Part shown: positions 18,503 through 29,200 of the stretch, one piece after another | Position numbering within the stretch: the first letter of the stretch is position 1 | Layout of the letters: every line of letters starts with the position of its first letter | Assembly: GCA_964629065.1 (NCBI GenBank) | Contig: CAZVOZ010000002.1 | Location: 13,260-59,221, forward strand | Reading direction: 5' to 3' | Length of the DNA stretch: 45,962 nt | From: an uncultured Candidatus Peribacteria bacterium | GTDB lineage: Bacteria > Patescibacteriota > Gracilibacteria > UBA1369 > LOWO2-01-FULL-3 | Program-made: the position numbers and the translations under genes | The notes under the pieces: generated by a model | What the model was told of the DNA's origin: nothing | The model's input: only the letters and a program-made list of their open reading frames with translations | The model's database searches: none

Positions 18503-18512
18503 GCTTTAGGGT

Positions 18513-18785
18513 TTATTTCTTAGCCAATTTACCACCATGGCCGCGGAACAATCTCGTTGGAGAGAATTCTCCGAGTTTGTGGCCAACCATGTTTTCAGTA
18601 ACAAATACAGGGATGAATTGTTTACCATTGTGAACTGCGAAGGTGAAACCGACGAAGTCCGGTGAGATGTCACAACGGCGAGACCAAGTTTTGATTGGTT
18701 TTTTCGCGCCTGATGCTTCCATGGCTGCAACTTTTTTTTGCACCCTTGGGTCTACGAATGGTCCTTTTTTACTACTTCTAGCCAT
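18513..18785 (-). CDS. rpsS: 30S ribosomal protein uS19
   Basis: 90 aa. Contains [40 protein letters not shown]. Confidence 0.95.
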   Translation of the reverse strand: MARSSKKGPFVDPRVQKKVAAMEASGAKKPIKTWSRRCDISPDFVGFTFAVHNGKQFIPVFVTENMVGHKLGEFSPTRLFRGHGGKLAKK

Positions 18786-18802
18786 GATTGTTACTTAGTT
18801 GT

Positions 18803-19633
18803 TTATTTGCGACGACGATCTTTGATGATCATCTTGTCTTTATGTCTTCTTCTGGTTTTGAAACCGAGAGCAGGCATACCCCAAGGTGTTTTTGGATATT
18901 TCATACCAATGGAAGTACTACCTTCACCACCACCATGTGGATGGTCGACCGGATTCATCACTTTACCTCTTACTTGTGGTCTACGACCCATGTTACGCAT
19001 CCGCCCAGCTTTACCGATTTTGATATTGCTGTGGTCGATATTACTGACTTGGCCAATGCAGGCAAAGCAGTTTTTACTGACCAAACGGATTTCGCCGGAT
19101 GGCATTTGTAATTGGGCGTAATCGCCTTCAAGAGAGGTAAGTTTTAGTGCGGAACCAGCGCTACGAGCAAACTGGCCACCTTTTTCTTCGCGGAGTGAAA
19201 CATTGTAGATGTCGAAACCGACTGGGATATTGCGAAGCATCATGCGGTTACCGATTTTTACTTTCGCTTTGTCAGCGCAGACGATTGATTCGCCCACTTT
19301 GATTCCAGCTGGAGCAAGATGGTAACGCTTTTCTCCGTCAACGTATTGGACGAGGATGATGTAAGCTGTACGATTTGGATCGTATTCAACAGCAGTTACT
19401 TTACCTTCGATGCCCTTTTTGTCTAGTTGAGAGAAATCAACCATGCGGTATTTGTGCTTAGCACCACCGCCACGATGACGAACTGTGATGCGGCCAGAAT
19501 TGTTGCGGCCGGATTTGCGTCCGAGATCGACGACGAGAGATTTCTCTGGCGTGGTCTTGGTGATCTCCTCAAATGAGGCGACGGTCATCTGGCGGCGACC
19601 CGGTGTAGTTGGTTTGAATTTCTTAACGGCCAT
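18803..19633 (-). CDS. rplB: 50S ribosomal protein uL2
   Basis: 276 aa. Contains MAVKKFKPTTPGRRQ, RHRGGGAKHKYR, VMNPVDHPHGGGEG. Confidence 0.96.
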   Translation of the reverse strand: MAVKKFKPTTPGRRQMTVASFEEITKTTPEKSLVVDLGRKSGRNNSGRITVRHRGGGAKHKYRMVDFSQLDKKGIEGKVTAVEYDPNRTAYIILVQYVDGEKRYHLAPAGIKVGESIVCADKAKVKIGNRMMLRNIPVGFDIYNVSLREEKGGQFARSAGSALKLTSLEGDYAQLQMPSGEIRLVSKNCFACIGQVSNIDHSNIKIGKAGRMRNMGRRPQVRGKVMNPVDHPHGGGEGSTSIGMKYPKTPWGMPALGFKTRRRHKDKMIIKDRRRK

Positions 19634-19635
19634 GG

Positions 19636-19947
19636 TTATTGTTTATCTTTAGCGAATTTAAGTTTATTCGGATCAATCGTTTGTCCTTTTTTGAGGCTAA
19701 CAATTGCTTTCTTATAATTTGGTCTTTTGATGTATTCGTAACGGCCTTTGATAAGGCGAGTTTTGCGTGGAGTAATAGAAGTTTTTACAGCAACAACATC
19801 AACATCGTAAAGGGCTTTGATTGCTTTTTTAACATCGATTTTTGTCGCGCCTTTGTTGATCAGGAAAGTGTAAAGGTTTGCTGTTTGTGCAACAGAACTT
19901 TTTTCCGTAACAACTGGTCTGATGATTGTAGTGTAAGTATTTTCCAT
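19636..19947 (-). CDS. rplW: 50S ribosomal protein uL23
   Basis: 103 aa. Contains IIRPVVTEKSS...YTFLINKGATKIDVKKAIKALYDV. Confidence 0.93.
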   Translation of the reverse strand: MENTYTTIIRPVVTEKSSVAQTANLYTFLINKGATKIDVKKAIKALYDVDVVAVKTSITPRKTRLIKGRYEYIKRPNYKKAIVSLKKGQTIDPNKLKFAKDKQ

Positions 19948-20579
19948 TATGCTTTTGATGTAAATGTTTCTTCAAGTTTCGCGACGGCTTCTTTTAGGAA
20001 CAAAACTTGTTTGTACTTTTGGAGGTCGTGAATGTTGAGATAATTTGCGATGACAGTTTTAACATTTGCTAAGTTGCCAGCAGATTTTTGGATAATCGGA
20101 TCTTTTTCCGCGACTACCACAAGTACATTGCGGTCGATTGGCATTTTAGCAATCATTTGAGCAAATGTTTTAGCTTTTGGCGCTTCGAGCTTGAAAGATT
20201 CGAGAGCAAGAACTTCACCGTTACGAGCTTTGGCAGAGAGAGCACAGAAGAGAGCGCGACGACGTTGTTTCTTTGGCATGTCTTTTTCGAAATTGCGATT
20301 GTTGCGCGGACCGAAGATTACGGCACCACCTTTCATGTGTGGCGCACGAGTCGTACCTTGACGAGCGTTACCGGTTCCTTTTTGACGGAACGGTTTGCGA
20401 CCACCACCACGGACATCTTCACGAATTTGAGAATGAGCGATGGCGATTCGTTTGTTAGCAAGCTGGCGAACCAAAGCTTGATGAACGAGGTCTTTGTTGA
20501 ATGGAATGTCGAAAATTGTTTCCGGCAAATCCATTTGCCCAGTCTTGTCTCCTGATTGATTGTATAGGTCTACTTGCAT
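19947..20579 (-). CDS. rplD: 50S ribosomal protein uL4
   Basis: 210 aa. Contains RGGGRKPFRQKGTGNARQGTTRAPHMKGGAVIFGP. Confidence 0.95.
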   Translation of the reverse strand: MQVDLYNQSGDKTGQMDLPETIFDIPFNKDLVHQALVRQLANKRIAIAHSQIREDVRGGGRKPFRQKGTGNARQGTTRAPHMKGGAVIFGPRNNRNFEKDMPKKQRRRALFCALSAKARNGEVLALESFKLEAPKAKTFAQMIAKMPIDRNVLVVVAEKDPIIQKSAGNLANVKTVIANYLNIHDLQKYKQVLFLKEAVAKLEETFTSKA

Positions 20580-20583
20580 TGTC

Positions 20584-21168
20584 TTATTTCTTGATGGTTA
20601 CTAGTCCGCCGTTCGGGCCAGGGATGGCGCCTTTGAGACAGATGAGGTTTTTAGTTGGATGAACCGAGATAACTTTTACTTTTTTCAAGGTGATTTGAGC
20701 GTTACCCATTCTTCCGGGAAGCTTTTTACCTTTGTGGACACGGCCTGGTTTGGCACATGCACCAACTGAACCTGGTTCACGATGATGGCCAGAGCCATGA
20801 CTTTCGGGACCGCGGCTAAAGTTATATCGTTTGATAACACCTTGAGTTCCTTTACCTTTACTTGTGGAAACAACACTGACTGTTTCTACTTCGAGGAAGC
20901 TTTCAAGGTTGATCTGATCGCCTTTTTTGAAATTTTCCGTTTCCGCAGCAGAGATTTGAAATTCTCTTAGGCGGCGGAAGCTGCGCGTCTTCATCGGCTT
21001 TTTTAGTTTAGAAAAGCCAAGGACTAGCGCCGGATATCCATCTTTGTCGACTGTCTTTACTTGTGTAACCTCGTTTGGTTCACATTCGATAACAGTGACT
21101 GGGATCACGCGACCGTCGTCTTGAAAGACACGAGTCATACCTATTTTTTTGCCAATGATTCCTGACAT
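20584..21168 (-). CDS. rplC: 50S ribosomal protein uL3
   Basis: 194 aa. Contains MSGIIGKKIGMTRVF, SKGKGTQGVIKRYNFSRGP.SHGS..HR.PGS.GA...PGRV.KGKKLPGRMG. Confidence 0.95.
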   Translation of the reverse strand: MSGIIGKKIGMTRVFQDDGRVIPVTVIECEPNEVTQVKTVDKDGYPALVLGFSKLKKPMKTRSFRRLREFQISAAETENFKKGDQINLESFLEVETVSVVSTSKGKGTQGVIKRYNFSRGPESHGSGHHREPGSVGACAKPGRVHKGKKLPGRMGNAQITLKKVKVISVHPTKNLICLKGAIPGPNGGLVTIKK

Positions 21169-21273
21169 AATGTTTGTGTAGAGGTTAGTCCCTTTGGAGG
21201 GGAGATTGTAGAAGGTTTAGAATTGGCCGAAACCCGCTACAAAGTCTTAACTTACTGTCTAAATTGCCGTTTG

Positions 21274-21302
21274 AATATACAGATGGACAGTTGGGTAGTC
21301 AA
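21274..21302 (-). promoter_or_regulatory. Sigma70-like promoter inside the rpsJ-rplC spacer (TTGACT-N17-TATATT)
   Basis: On the minus strand the -35 is TTGACT (21297-21302), followed by a 17-nt spacer and the -10 TATATT (21274-21279). This would leave a leader of about 100 nt before the rplC ATG. Confidence 0.5.
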
Positions 21303-21311
21303 TAGTTTTTT

Positions 21312-21632
21312 TTAGGCTTCTGTAAGCATCTTAATTTCGATTTCTACGCCAGCTGGGAGGCTGAGGTTAGAAAGCGTTTCGATTGTGTGTGGTGTGGTGT
21401 CGGTGATGTCGATCAAGCGAGCGTGAGTACGCATTTCGTATTGTTCGCGTGATGTCTTGTGTTTGAAAGTAGATTTGTTAACAGTGAATTTTTCGATCTT
21501 TGTCGGAAGGGGGATTGGGCCGGCAACGATTGCGCCAGTGCGTTCCGCTGTTTCGATGATTAGACGAGATGTTTCGTCGATTACTTTGTGGTCGAATGAT
21601 TTGATTTTGATACGGATTTTTTGCTTGGACAT
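21312..21632 (-). CDS. rpsJ: 30S ribosomal protein uS10
   Basis: 106 aa. Contains [39 protein letters not shown], and is the first gene of the S10 cluster. Confidence 0.95.
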   Translation of the reverse strand: MSKQKIRIKIKSFDHKVIDETSRLIIETAERTGAIVAGPIPLPTKIEKFTVNKSTFKHKTSREQYEMRTHARLIDITDTTPHTIETLSNLSLPAGVEIEIKMLTEA

Positions 21633-21643
21633 TTTGTGGGGGT

Positions 21644-21674
21644 TAAAAAAATACCGAGCTTTTACTTAGCTCGG
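21644..21674 (-). promoter_or_regulatory. Attenuator-like hairpin plus U-tract in the rpsJ 5' leader
   Basis: On the minus strand, a 7-bp stem CCGAGCT/AGCTCGG (21668-21674 pairing with 21654-21660) has a 7-nt loop. It is followed by TATTTTTTT and ends about 12 nt before the rpsJ ATG. Confidence 0.4.
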
Positions 21675-21769
21675 AAACGAAAAGGTTTCAGTATGAAAGT
21701 TTCGAGCTGTTCCCCGACGAGTCGGGGTCAATTCCCTAAAAGCAGGGAGATTGGTTTTTTTGTGCGTCG

Positions 21770-21798
21770 ATATTAGTTTGAGTGAGTGAAAGTGTCAA
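21770..21798 (-). promoter_or_regulatory. Near-consensus sigma70-like promoter of the S10 cluster (TTGACA-N17-TAATAT)
   Basis: On the minus strand the -35 is TTGACA (21793-21798), followed by a 17-nt spacer and the -10 TAATAT (21770-21775). It lies directly after the tuf terminator and about 130 nt upstream of rpsJ. Confidence 0.6.
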
Positions 21799-21830
21799 GA
21801 AAAAAGCCCTTCGATTTCTCGAAGGGCTTT
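21796..21830 (-). terminator. Rho-independent terminator downstream of tuf
   Basis: A perfect 12-bp stem AAAGCCCTTCGA/TCGAAGGGCTTT (21803-21814 and 21819-21830) has a 4-nt loop. On the minus strand it is followed by TTTTTCTT. It sits 23 nt after the tuf stop. Confidence 0.7.
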
Positions 21831-21853
21831 TGAATTTTTCTTTTGAAGATCGA

Positions 21854-23044
<1,191 letters not shown>

Positions 23045-23057
23045 GTTAATGTTGTTA

Positions 23058-23103
23058 ATTATAAAAGCGCGGGAATACTAGCCTAAATATTTTGGCGACG
23101 CAA
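23058..23103 (-). promoter_or_regulatory. Possible tuf promoter(s) in the fusA-tuf spacer
   Basis: There are two alternatives on the minus strand. One is TTGCGT (23098-23103)-N17-TAGTAT (23075-23080). The other is a perfect TATAAT (23058-23063) with a poor -35, TTAGGC. Neither is compelling alone. Confidence 0.25.
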
Positions 23104-23110
23104 GAAGTTT

Positions 23111-25195
23111 TTAGCCCTTTCTCTTGCTAATGATTTCTTCAGCGACATTGTTTGGAACCTGAGCATAGTGGCCGAATTCCATGGTGTAATTACCACGACC
23201 TTGAGTCATTGAGCGGAGGTCGCCGACATAACCGAACATTGACGCAAGTGGGATGGTGGCTTTGATGAATTTGACAACACCACGGTCGCCACTTTCGTTG
23301 ATTTGACCTCTTCGTGAGCTGATGTCACCCATAACATCACCGAAGTAATCTTCTGGAACGGTGACTTCTACGGCCATGATTGGTTCGAGGAGTGCAGGAT
23401 TGGCTTTTTTAACGGCGTTTTGGAAACACATTGAGCCAGCGATCTTGAAGGCCATTTCGTTGGAATCGACATCATGGTAACTACCGTCGTAAAGTTCGGC
23501 TTTGATGTCTACGACTGGGTAGCCGGCGATTACACCGCGAGTCATCGCTTCTTGAATACCTTTATCGACGGCTGGAATGTATTCGCGAGGAATTTTACCA
23601 CCGACGATGGAGTTGACGAATTCGTAACCAGCGCCCGGTTCTTGTGGGCTGAAGCGCATGTGAACATGGCCGAATTGACCACGACCACCGGATTGTTTAG
23701 CGTATTTTTCTTCCATGGTAACTTCGGTGGTGATGCTTTCACGGTAAGCTACTTGCGGTGCACCGATGTTTGCTTCGACTTTGAATTCGCGGCGCATACG
23801 ATCGACGATGATGTCGAGGTGAAGTTCGCCCATACCGGCAAGGATAGTTTGACCGGTTTCTTCGTCGGTTGAAACATGAAGGGTTGGATCTTCGCCAGAA
23901 AGTTTAGTGAGAGCGACGCCCATTTTTTCTTGGTCGGCTTTACTCTTTGGTTCAACGGCGATACGGATTACTGGTTCTGGGAAGTCCATTGATTCGAGAA
24001 GGATTGGTTTGTTGACATCGCAAAGGGTGTCACCAGTGGTTGTGCTTTTGAGACCAACGATTGCAACGATATCGCCAGTAGAGGCTTCTTTGATTTCTTC
24101 GCGAGAATTGGCGTGCATTTGGACGAGGCGACCAACGCGTTCTTTTTCGCCGCTGCGGGTGTTTAGGACATAAGAGCCGGAGCTAAGTTTGCCTGAATAG
24201 ATGCGGAAGTAGCAAAGGTTTCCGACGAAGGGGTCAGTAGCAATTTTGAATGCAAGACCGGTAAGTGGTTCGCTCGGACTTTGTTTGATCGTGATGTGTT
24301 CGCCGGTTTTTTGGTCGATAACATCGAGTTCACCAATGTCGTTCGGGCTTGGAAGGTAGTAGCAAACGGCATCGAGAACTTTTTGGACACCCATGTTGCG
24401 GAGAGCTGTACCACAAAGTACTGGGTAGATGCTGCCGCTGACAGTGGCTTTGCGAATTCCTGCTTTAAGTTCGTCAATTGAGATTGCTTCGTCGCCGAGG
24501 AATTTTTCCATCAAGGCGTCGTCGAATTCGCTGACGCGTTCAACGAGGATGCCGCGGAATGTTTCGGCTTTTTGGCGCATGTCTTCTGGGAAATCAATTT
24601 CAACAACTTCTTCGCCGTGTGGTCCTTTGAAAGTGAAGGCTTTCATTTCGACGAGGTCGATGATGCCGCTGAAATCGTTTTCAGCACCGATAGGGAGCTG
24701 GATAGCGATTGCGTTTGGAGTTAAGCGTTGGTGAATGGAAGCGAGGGATTTGTAGAAATCTGCACCCATTTTGTCCATTTTGTTAACGAATGCCATGCGT
24801 GGAACATTGTATTTGTCCGCTTGGCGCCATACTGTTTCGGATTGCGGCTCTACACCCATCGCGCCATCGAAAACGGCAACGCCGCCATCGAGTACGCGAA
24901 GTGAGCGTTCTACTTCGACTGTGAAGTCCACATGTCCTGGAGTATCGATGATGTTGATGTTGAATGGTGTGCCATTTGGTGGAGTCCAAAGGCAGCGAGT
25001 GGCAGCGGAAGTGATTGTGATGCCGCGTTCGCGTTCTTGTTCCATCCAGTCCATTTGCGATTCGCCGGTATGCGTTTCGCCGATTTTGTGGCTAACGCCA
25101 GTGTAAAAAAGGATGCGTTCGGTAACGGTTGTTTTACCCGCGTCGATGTGGGCGATGATGCCGATATTGCGGAGGTTTTGTAAATTGTCGGACAT
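23111..25195 (-). CDS. fusA: Elongation factor G
   Basis: 694 aa. Has [23 protein letters not shown] and NKMDK, and the domain IV/V sequence is conserved. Confidence 0.97.
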   Translation of the reverse strand: MSDNLQNLRNIGIIAHIDAGKTTVTERILFYTGVSHKIGETHTGESQMDWMEQERERGITITSAATRCLWTPPNGTPFNINIIDTPGHVDFTVEVERSLRVLDGGVAVFDGAMGVEPQSETVWRQADKYNVPRMAFVNKMDKMGADFYKSLASIHQRLTPNAIAIQLPIGAENDFSGIIDLVEMKAFTFKGPHGEEVVEIDFPEDMRQKAETFRGILVERVSEFDDALMEKFLGDEAISIDELKAGIRKATVSGSIYPVLCGTALRNMGVQKVLDAVCYYLPSPNDIGELDVIDQKTGEHITIKQSPSEPLTGLAFKIATDPFVGNLCYFRIYSGKLSSGSYVLNTRSGEKERVGRLVQMHANSREEIKEASTGDIVAIVGLKSTTTGDTLCDVNKPILLESMDFPEPVIRIAVEPKSKADQEKMGVALTKLSGEDPTLHVSTDEETGQTILAGMGELHLDIIVDRMRREFKVEANIGAPQVAYRESITTEVTMEEKYAKQSGGRGQFGHVHMRFSPQEPGAGYEFVNSIVGGKIPREYIPAVDKGIQEAMTRGVIAGYPVVDIKAELYDGSYHDVDSNEMAFKIAGSMCFQNAVKKANPALLEPIMAVEVTVPEDYFGDVMGDISSRRGQINESGDRGVVKFIKATIPLASMFGYVGDLRSMTQGRGNYTMEFGHYAQVPNNVAEEIISKRKG

Positions 25196-25252
25196 GGAAG
25201 CTGGAAGTTAAAAGTTAAGAGTGAAAAGTTAAAAGTTGGTTTTAGCGCTAAG

Positions 25253-25281
25253 ACATTATATTTAGTGGGGGAGGATGTCAA
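25253..25281 (-). promoter_or_regulatory. Sigma70-like promoter upstream of fusA (TTGACA-N17-TAATGT, or N15-TATAAT)
   Basis: On the minus strand the -35 is TTGACA (25276-25281). The -10 is either TAATGT (25253-25258, 17-nt spacer) or TATAAT (25255-25260, 15-nt spacer). An AT-rich heptad array lies directly upstream of the -35. Confidence 0.45.
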
Positions 25282-25283
25282 AA

Positions 25284-25364
25284 GAAATTACAAATTAGAA
25301 ATTATAAATTAAAAATGAGAGCGAATTTCTGAGCTCTCATCTTTAATATGTAATCTGTAATTTC
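25284..25364 (-). repeat. Heptad-array inverted repeat (cassette copy 1)
   Basis: On the + strand there are four tandem heptads GAAATTA CAAATTA GAAATTA TAAATTA (25284-25311). These face three inverted heptads TAATATG TAATCTG TAATTTC (25344-25364). Copy 1 shares a 24-nt arm (23/24 identical) and a 15-nt arm (identical) with the element at 34277-34349. Confidence 0.75.
25305..25340 (-). terminator. Terminator/attenuator-like hairpin between rpsG and fusA
   Basis: On the minus strand, an 8-bp stem ATGAGAGC/GCTCTCAT (25333-25340 pairing with 25315-25322) has a 10-nt loop and is followed by TTTTAATTT. It forms the centre of the heptad inverted repeat. Confidence 0.4.
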
Positions 25365-25368
25365 TCGT

Positions 25369-25806
25369 TTAGTATCGCGCAAAGTGGGCGAAGGCTTTGT
25401 TGGCGTCGGCCATTCTGTGGGTATCTTCTTTTTTCTTGAAGGCAGCACCTTGTTCGTTGGAAGCTTCGATTAGCTCGTTGGCAAGTTTTTGGTGCATTGC
25501 TGAACCTTTTTTGCCGCGAGCTGAATTGATGATCCAGCGGAATGCTAGGGCATTTTGGCGACCTAGTGGTACTTCGCGTGGAACTTGGTAAACGGCGCCA
25601 CCGACGCGTTTAGCTTTTACTTCCATTTTTGGCTTCACATTTTCGATTGCGGCTTTGAAGATTTTCTCTGGGTCAGCGGAAGTTTTTTTACTGATGATTT
25701 TGAATGTTTCATTAAAGATGCGGCGAGCGGTAGTTTTTTTACCGTCAAGCATTAAGTAGTTAATGAATTTTTCTTGAACCGGATTGGTTGTTGTTGTTTC
25801 GATCAT
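25369..25806 (-). CDS. rpsG: 30S ribosomal protein uS7 (short N-terminus)
   Basis: 145 aa. Contains KFINYLMLDGKKTTARRIF, VEVKAKRVGGAVYQVP and the C-terminus HRMADANKAFAHFRY-like. It lacks the usual basic MPRRG... N-terminal segment, and only 5 nt separate it from the rpsL stop. Confidence 0.93.
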   Translation of the reverse strand: MIETTTTNPVQEKFINYLMLDGKKTTARRIFNETFKIISKKTSADPEKIFKAAIENVKPKMEVKAKRVGGAVYQVPREVPLGRQNALAFRWIINSARGKKGSAMHQKLANELIEASNEQGAAFKKKEDTHRMADANKAFAHFARY

Positions 25807-25811
25807 TGTGA

Positions 25812-26225
25812 TTAAGCTTTAGGTTTTTTAGCACCGTATTTTGAACGACCACGACGGCGTTTGTCAACACCGTTGGTGTCGAGGCTGCCACGAACGATGT
25901 GGTAACGAACACCAGGAAGATCTTTTACTCTGCCGCCACGGATTAGAACCACGGAATGCTCTTGGAGGTTGTGGCCTTCGCCGCCGATGTAGGCGTTCAC
26001 TTCGTAACCGTTAGTGAGACGAACGCGGGCTACTTTGCGGAGCGCGGAGTTCGGTTTCTTTGGTGTCATTGTGAAAACCTTGGTGCAAACGCCCCGTTTT
26101 TGCGGAGATTCGAGTGCAGTGCTACGATCTTTTAAATGGTTTTTGATTGAACCGAGAGCGGGAGATTTACTTTTGTAAGTCTTCGGTACGCGGTTTTTTC
26201 GGACTAGTTGAGAAATTGTTGGCAT
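25812..26225 (-). CDS. rpsL: 30S ribosomal protein uS12
   Basis: 137 aa. Contains [40 protein letters not shown] and [13 protein letters not shown]. Confidence 0.96.
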   Translation of the reverse strand: MPTISQLVRKNRVPKTYKSKSPALGSIKNHLKDRSTALESPQKRGVCTKVFTMTPKKPNSALRKVARVRLTNGYEVNAYIGGEGHNLQEHSVVLIRGGRVKDLPGVRYHIVRGSLDTNGVDKRRRGRSKYGAKKPKA

Positions 26226-26251
26226 GTGTACTTAGGTTTTAGCTGTCGCAG

Positions 26252-26278
26252 ATTATATGACAATTAAATAATTGGCAA
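26252..26278 (-). promoter_or_regulatory. Possible rpsL promoter (TTGCCA-N15-TATAAT), with the -35 inside the rpoC 3' end
   Basis: On the minus strand there is a perfect -10, TATAAT (26252-26257), and a -35, TTGCCA (26273-26278). The spacer is only 15 nt, which is suboptimal. Confidence 0.3.
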
Positions 26279-29200
26279 GCTTTTTTCCGGATTGTCGTTG
26301 AAGATCTCTTCAACGCGTTCGCTTTCGCCTTTTAGCTTGCGGAAAGTGGCGCCGGCTGGGATTAGTTTACCGATGATAACATTCTCTTTGAGGCCTTCGA
26401 GATTGTCGATGCGGTTGGTGGTAGAAGCTTCGACCAAGACACGGATGGTTTCTTGGAAGGAAGCCGCAGAAAGCCAAGAGTCGGTGTAAAGAGCGACGCG
26501 GGTAAGACCGAGAAGGAGGCGTTCGCCTTTGGCCGGTTTCTTGTTTTTCTTGAGAAGTTCGCGGTTTGTTTTGTTGAAACGGATGATGTCGATGATTTCG
26601 CCCGGAAGGAAATCGCTGTCGCCGCTGTCGCCAAGGCGAACTTTGGAGAGCATTTGGCGGGCGATGATTTCGATGTGTTTGTCGTTGATACTTTGACCTT
26701 GAGAAGCGTAGATGCTTTGAACTTCGGAGACGATGTATTTTTGTGCCGTGTATTCGTCGCTGAGGAGCATCAATTCGCGCAGGTCAAGATGGCCGTTAGT
26801 AAGTGGTTGGCCTTTCTTGATGTTGTCCTTGTTTTGAACGATGATCGTGCGATTTTGTGGGACGGTGTAGACTTTTTCCACTTTGTCGTGACTTTTGATC
26901 ACGATGTGGCTTTCGGCTACTTTGACAACTTTGCCTTCTTCTTTCGATTTGACTGCTGCTTTGCCGTCGCCGCCTTTGGCGAGAGTAGTTTTGACTTTTA
27001 CTTCGTCGCCTTCTTTGACGGTGACTTCGAGGTCTTCGTCGAGGAGGTAAAGGGTTTCTACTGGTGCATCAGAAGTGATGACGATTTCACTGATTTTACC
27101 TTTTTGGCGAATTTTTACATTACCGTCAATTTCGGCGATGGTCGCTGGGCTCTTTGGTGTACGCGCTTCGAAGAGTTCTTCGACGCGGGTAAGACCTTGA
27201 GTAATATCGCTTCCTTCGGCAACACCACCCATGTGGAAGGTACGCATTGTAAGCTGAGTACCTGGTTCACCGATTGATTGAGCGGCGATGATACCGACGG
27301 CGGTACCGATTTGGACTTCGCGGTTTGTACCGAGATCTTTGCCGTAACATTTGATACAAATGCCGCCTTCGGTTTCACAAGTCATGACGGAGCGTACTTT
27401 TACTTCGTCGATGTCGGCTTCTTTGATTGCTTCGATGGTGTCTTTTTCGATGATTTCGTTGCGTTTGCCGATTAGTTTGCCTTTTTTGTCTTTGAGGTCT
27501 TCGCCGAGAGTGCGGCCGTAGATGCGCACTTCGAATTTTTCGCCAATTTGTTCGGATTCAGCGCGGGTGATCAAGTGCCATGAATCGGCACCACAATCTG
27601 GTTCGCGGATGACGACATCTTGGTTTGAATCAACGAGACGACGAGTAAGGTAGCCGGCTTCGGCGGTCTTAAGCGCGGTATCGGATTTACCTTTACGACC
27701 ACCATGCGTGGCGATGAAGTATTCAAGGATCTTGAAGCCTTCTTTGAGGTTTGAACGGATTGGGAGTTCGATGGTTTTACCGGCCGGATTGGCTACGAGG
27801 CCTTTCATACCGCAGAGCTGGGTGATTTGGCCCCAGTTACCACGAGCGCCGGAGTCGATCATGTAGAAGATGCTGTTGTTTTCTTCGATGCCGTTAATCA
27901 TTTTGACAGTGATGTCTGATTTGGCTTGAGCCCAAATGCGAATCGCGTGGTTGTAGCGTTCGTCTTCGGTAATGACGCCTTTGCTGTAGTAGTCACTGAT
28001 TTGTTTGACCACTTCGGAAGCGTCTTCGAGAATTTTGTCTTTTTCACTTGGGATGTGCATGTCGTCTTGACTGACGGAGATGCCGGATTTGGTAGCGAAA
28101 CGGAAACCACAATCTTTGAGATCGTCGGTGAGTTTGGCTGTTGTTTGGATGCCGAGTTTTTCGTAAGATTCGCTGACGATGAGTCCGAGGCGTTTTTTGC
28201 CGACAGGTTCGTTGTAGAAGGGGAGTCCTTCGGGGATGAAGCTGTTGAAGATCAAACGGCCGACGGTGGTTTCGAGGATTTCTTCGCCGACGCGGCATTT
28301 GATTTGAGCTTGGATGTGAACATGACCGCCTTGGTAAGCGATGATTGCTTCTTCGACGGAAGCGAAGGCCATGCCTTCACCGATTAGTCCGCTGCGCATG
28401 CGAGTCAAATAGTAACAACCGAGAACCATGTCTTGAGTTGGTGTGACGATCGGTTCACCAGCAGATGGTTTTAGGAGGTTGCGGCTAGAGAGCATGAGAG
28501 TTTTACATTCTTCTTGTGCGGCTTTGGATAGTGGGATATGGATGGCCATTTGATCACCATCGAAATCGGCATTGAAGGCGGCACAAACTAGTGGGTGGAC
28601 TTGGATCGCTTTACCTTCGATCAAAACTGGTTGGAAGGCTTGGATACCGAGACGGTGCAAGGTTGGTGCACGATTGAGAAGAACGAAGTGGTTTTTGGTA
28701 ACTTCTTCAAGAATATCCCAAACTTCGCGTTTGCCGGCGGTGATTAGTTTTTCGGCGTTTTTGATGTTGTGAGCAAAGCCGTCACGAATCAAACGACCGA
28801 TGATGAATGGTTTGAAAAGTTCCACGGCCATCAATTTTGGAATCCCACATTGGTTGAGTTTCAGTTTTGGACCGATAACGATAACGGAACGACCAGAGTA
28901 ATCGACACGTTTACCGAGAAGGTTTTGACGGAAGCGACCTTGTTTACCTTTGAGCATGTCAGAAAGTGAACGCAATTTGCGTTTGTCACCAGCGCTGAAG
29001 ACGGTTTTGCCGGCGCGTGCGGAATTGTTGAGAAGAGTGTCGACAGCTTCTTGGAGCATGCGTTTTTCGTTGCGGCAGATTACTTCTGGCGCACCGATGG
29101 ACATCAAGCGGCGAAGACGGTTGTTGCGGTTGATGACGCGGCGATACAAGTCATTAAGGTCGGAAGCGGCGAAACGGCCACCGTCGAGTTGGACCATTGG

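Noticed and set aside
21633-21853. A possible tRNA or small RNA gene in the 221-nt tuf-rpsJ spacer, and likewise in the 143-, 173- and 174-nt spacers.
   Set aside because: I could build no cloverleaf and found no T-loop GTTCGAATC-like box or acceptor-stem pairing. The hairpins are better explained as a terminator, a promoter and a leader structure.
25315-25332. A mini-ORF, ATG AGA GCG AAT TTC TGA (MRANF), on the + strand inside cassette copy 1.
   Set aside because: It is only five codons long, on the strand opposite to all local transcription signals, and it coincides with the terminator stem. It is most likely fortuitous.
25284-25364. Whether the heptad arrays at 25284-25364, 34277-34349 and 37486-37506 could be CRISPR arrays or a mobile element.
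   Set aside because: The units are only 7 nt long, directly tandem with no spacers, and there are no cas genes, so they are not CRISPR. They have no terminal duplications or transposase, and they are integrated with -35 boxes, so I treat them as regulatory repeats.
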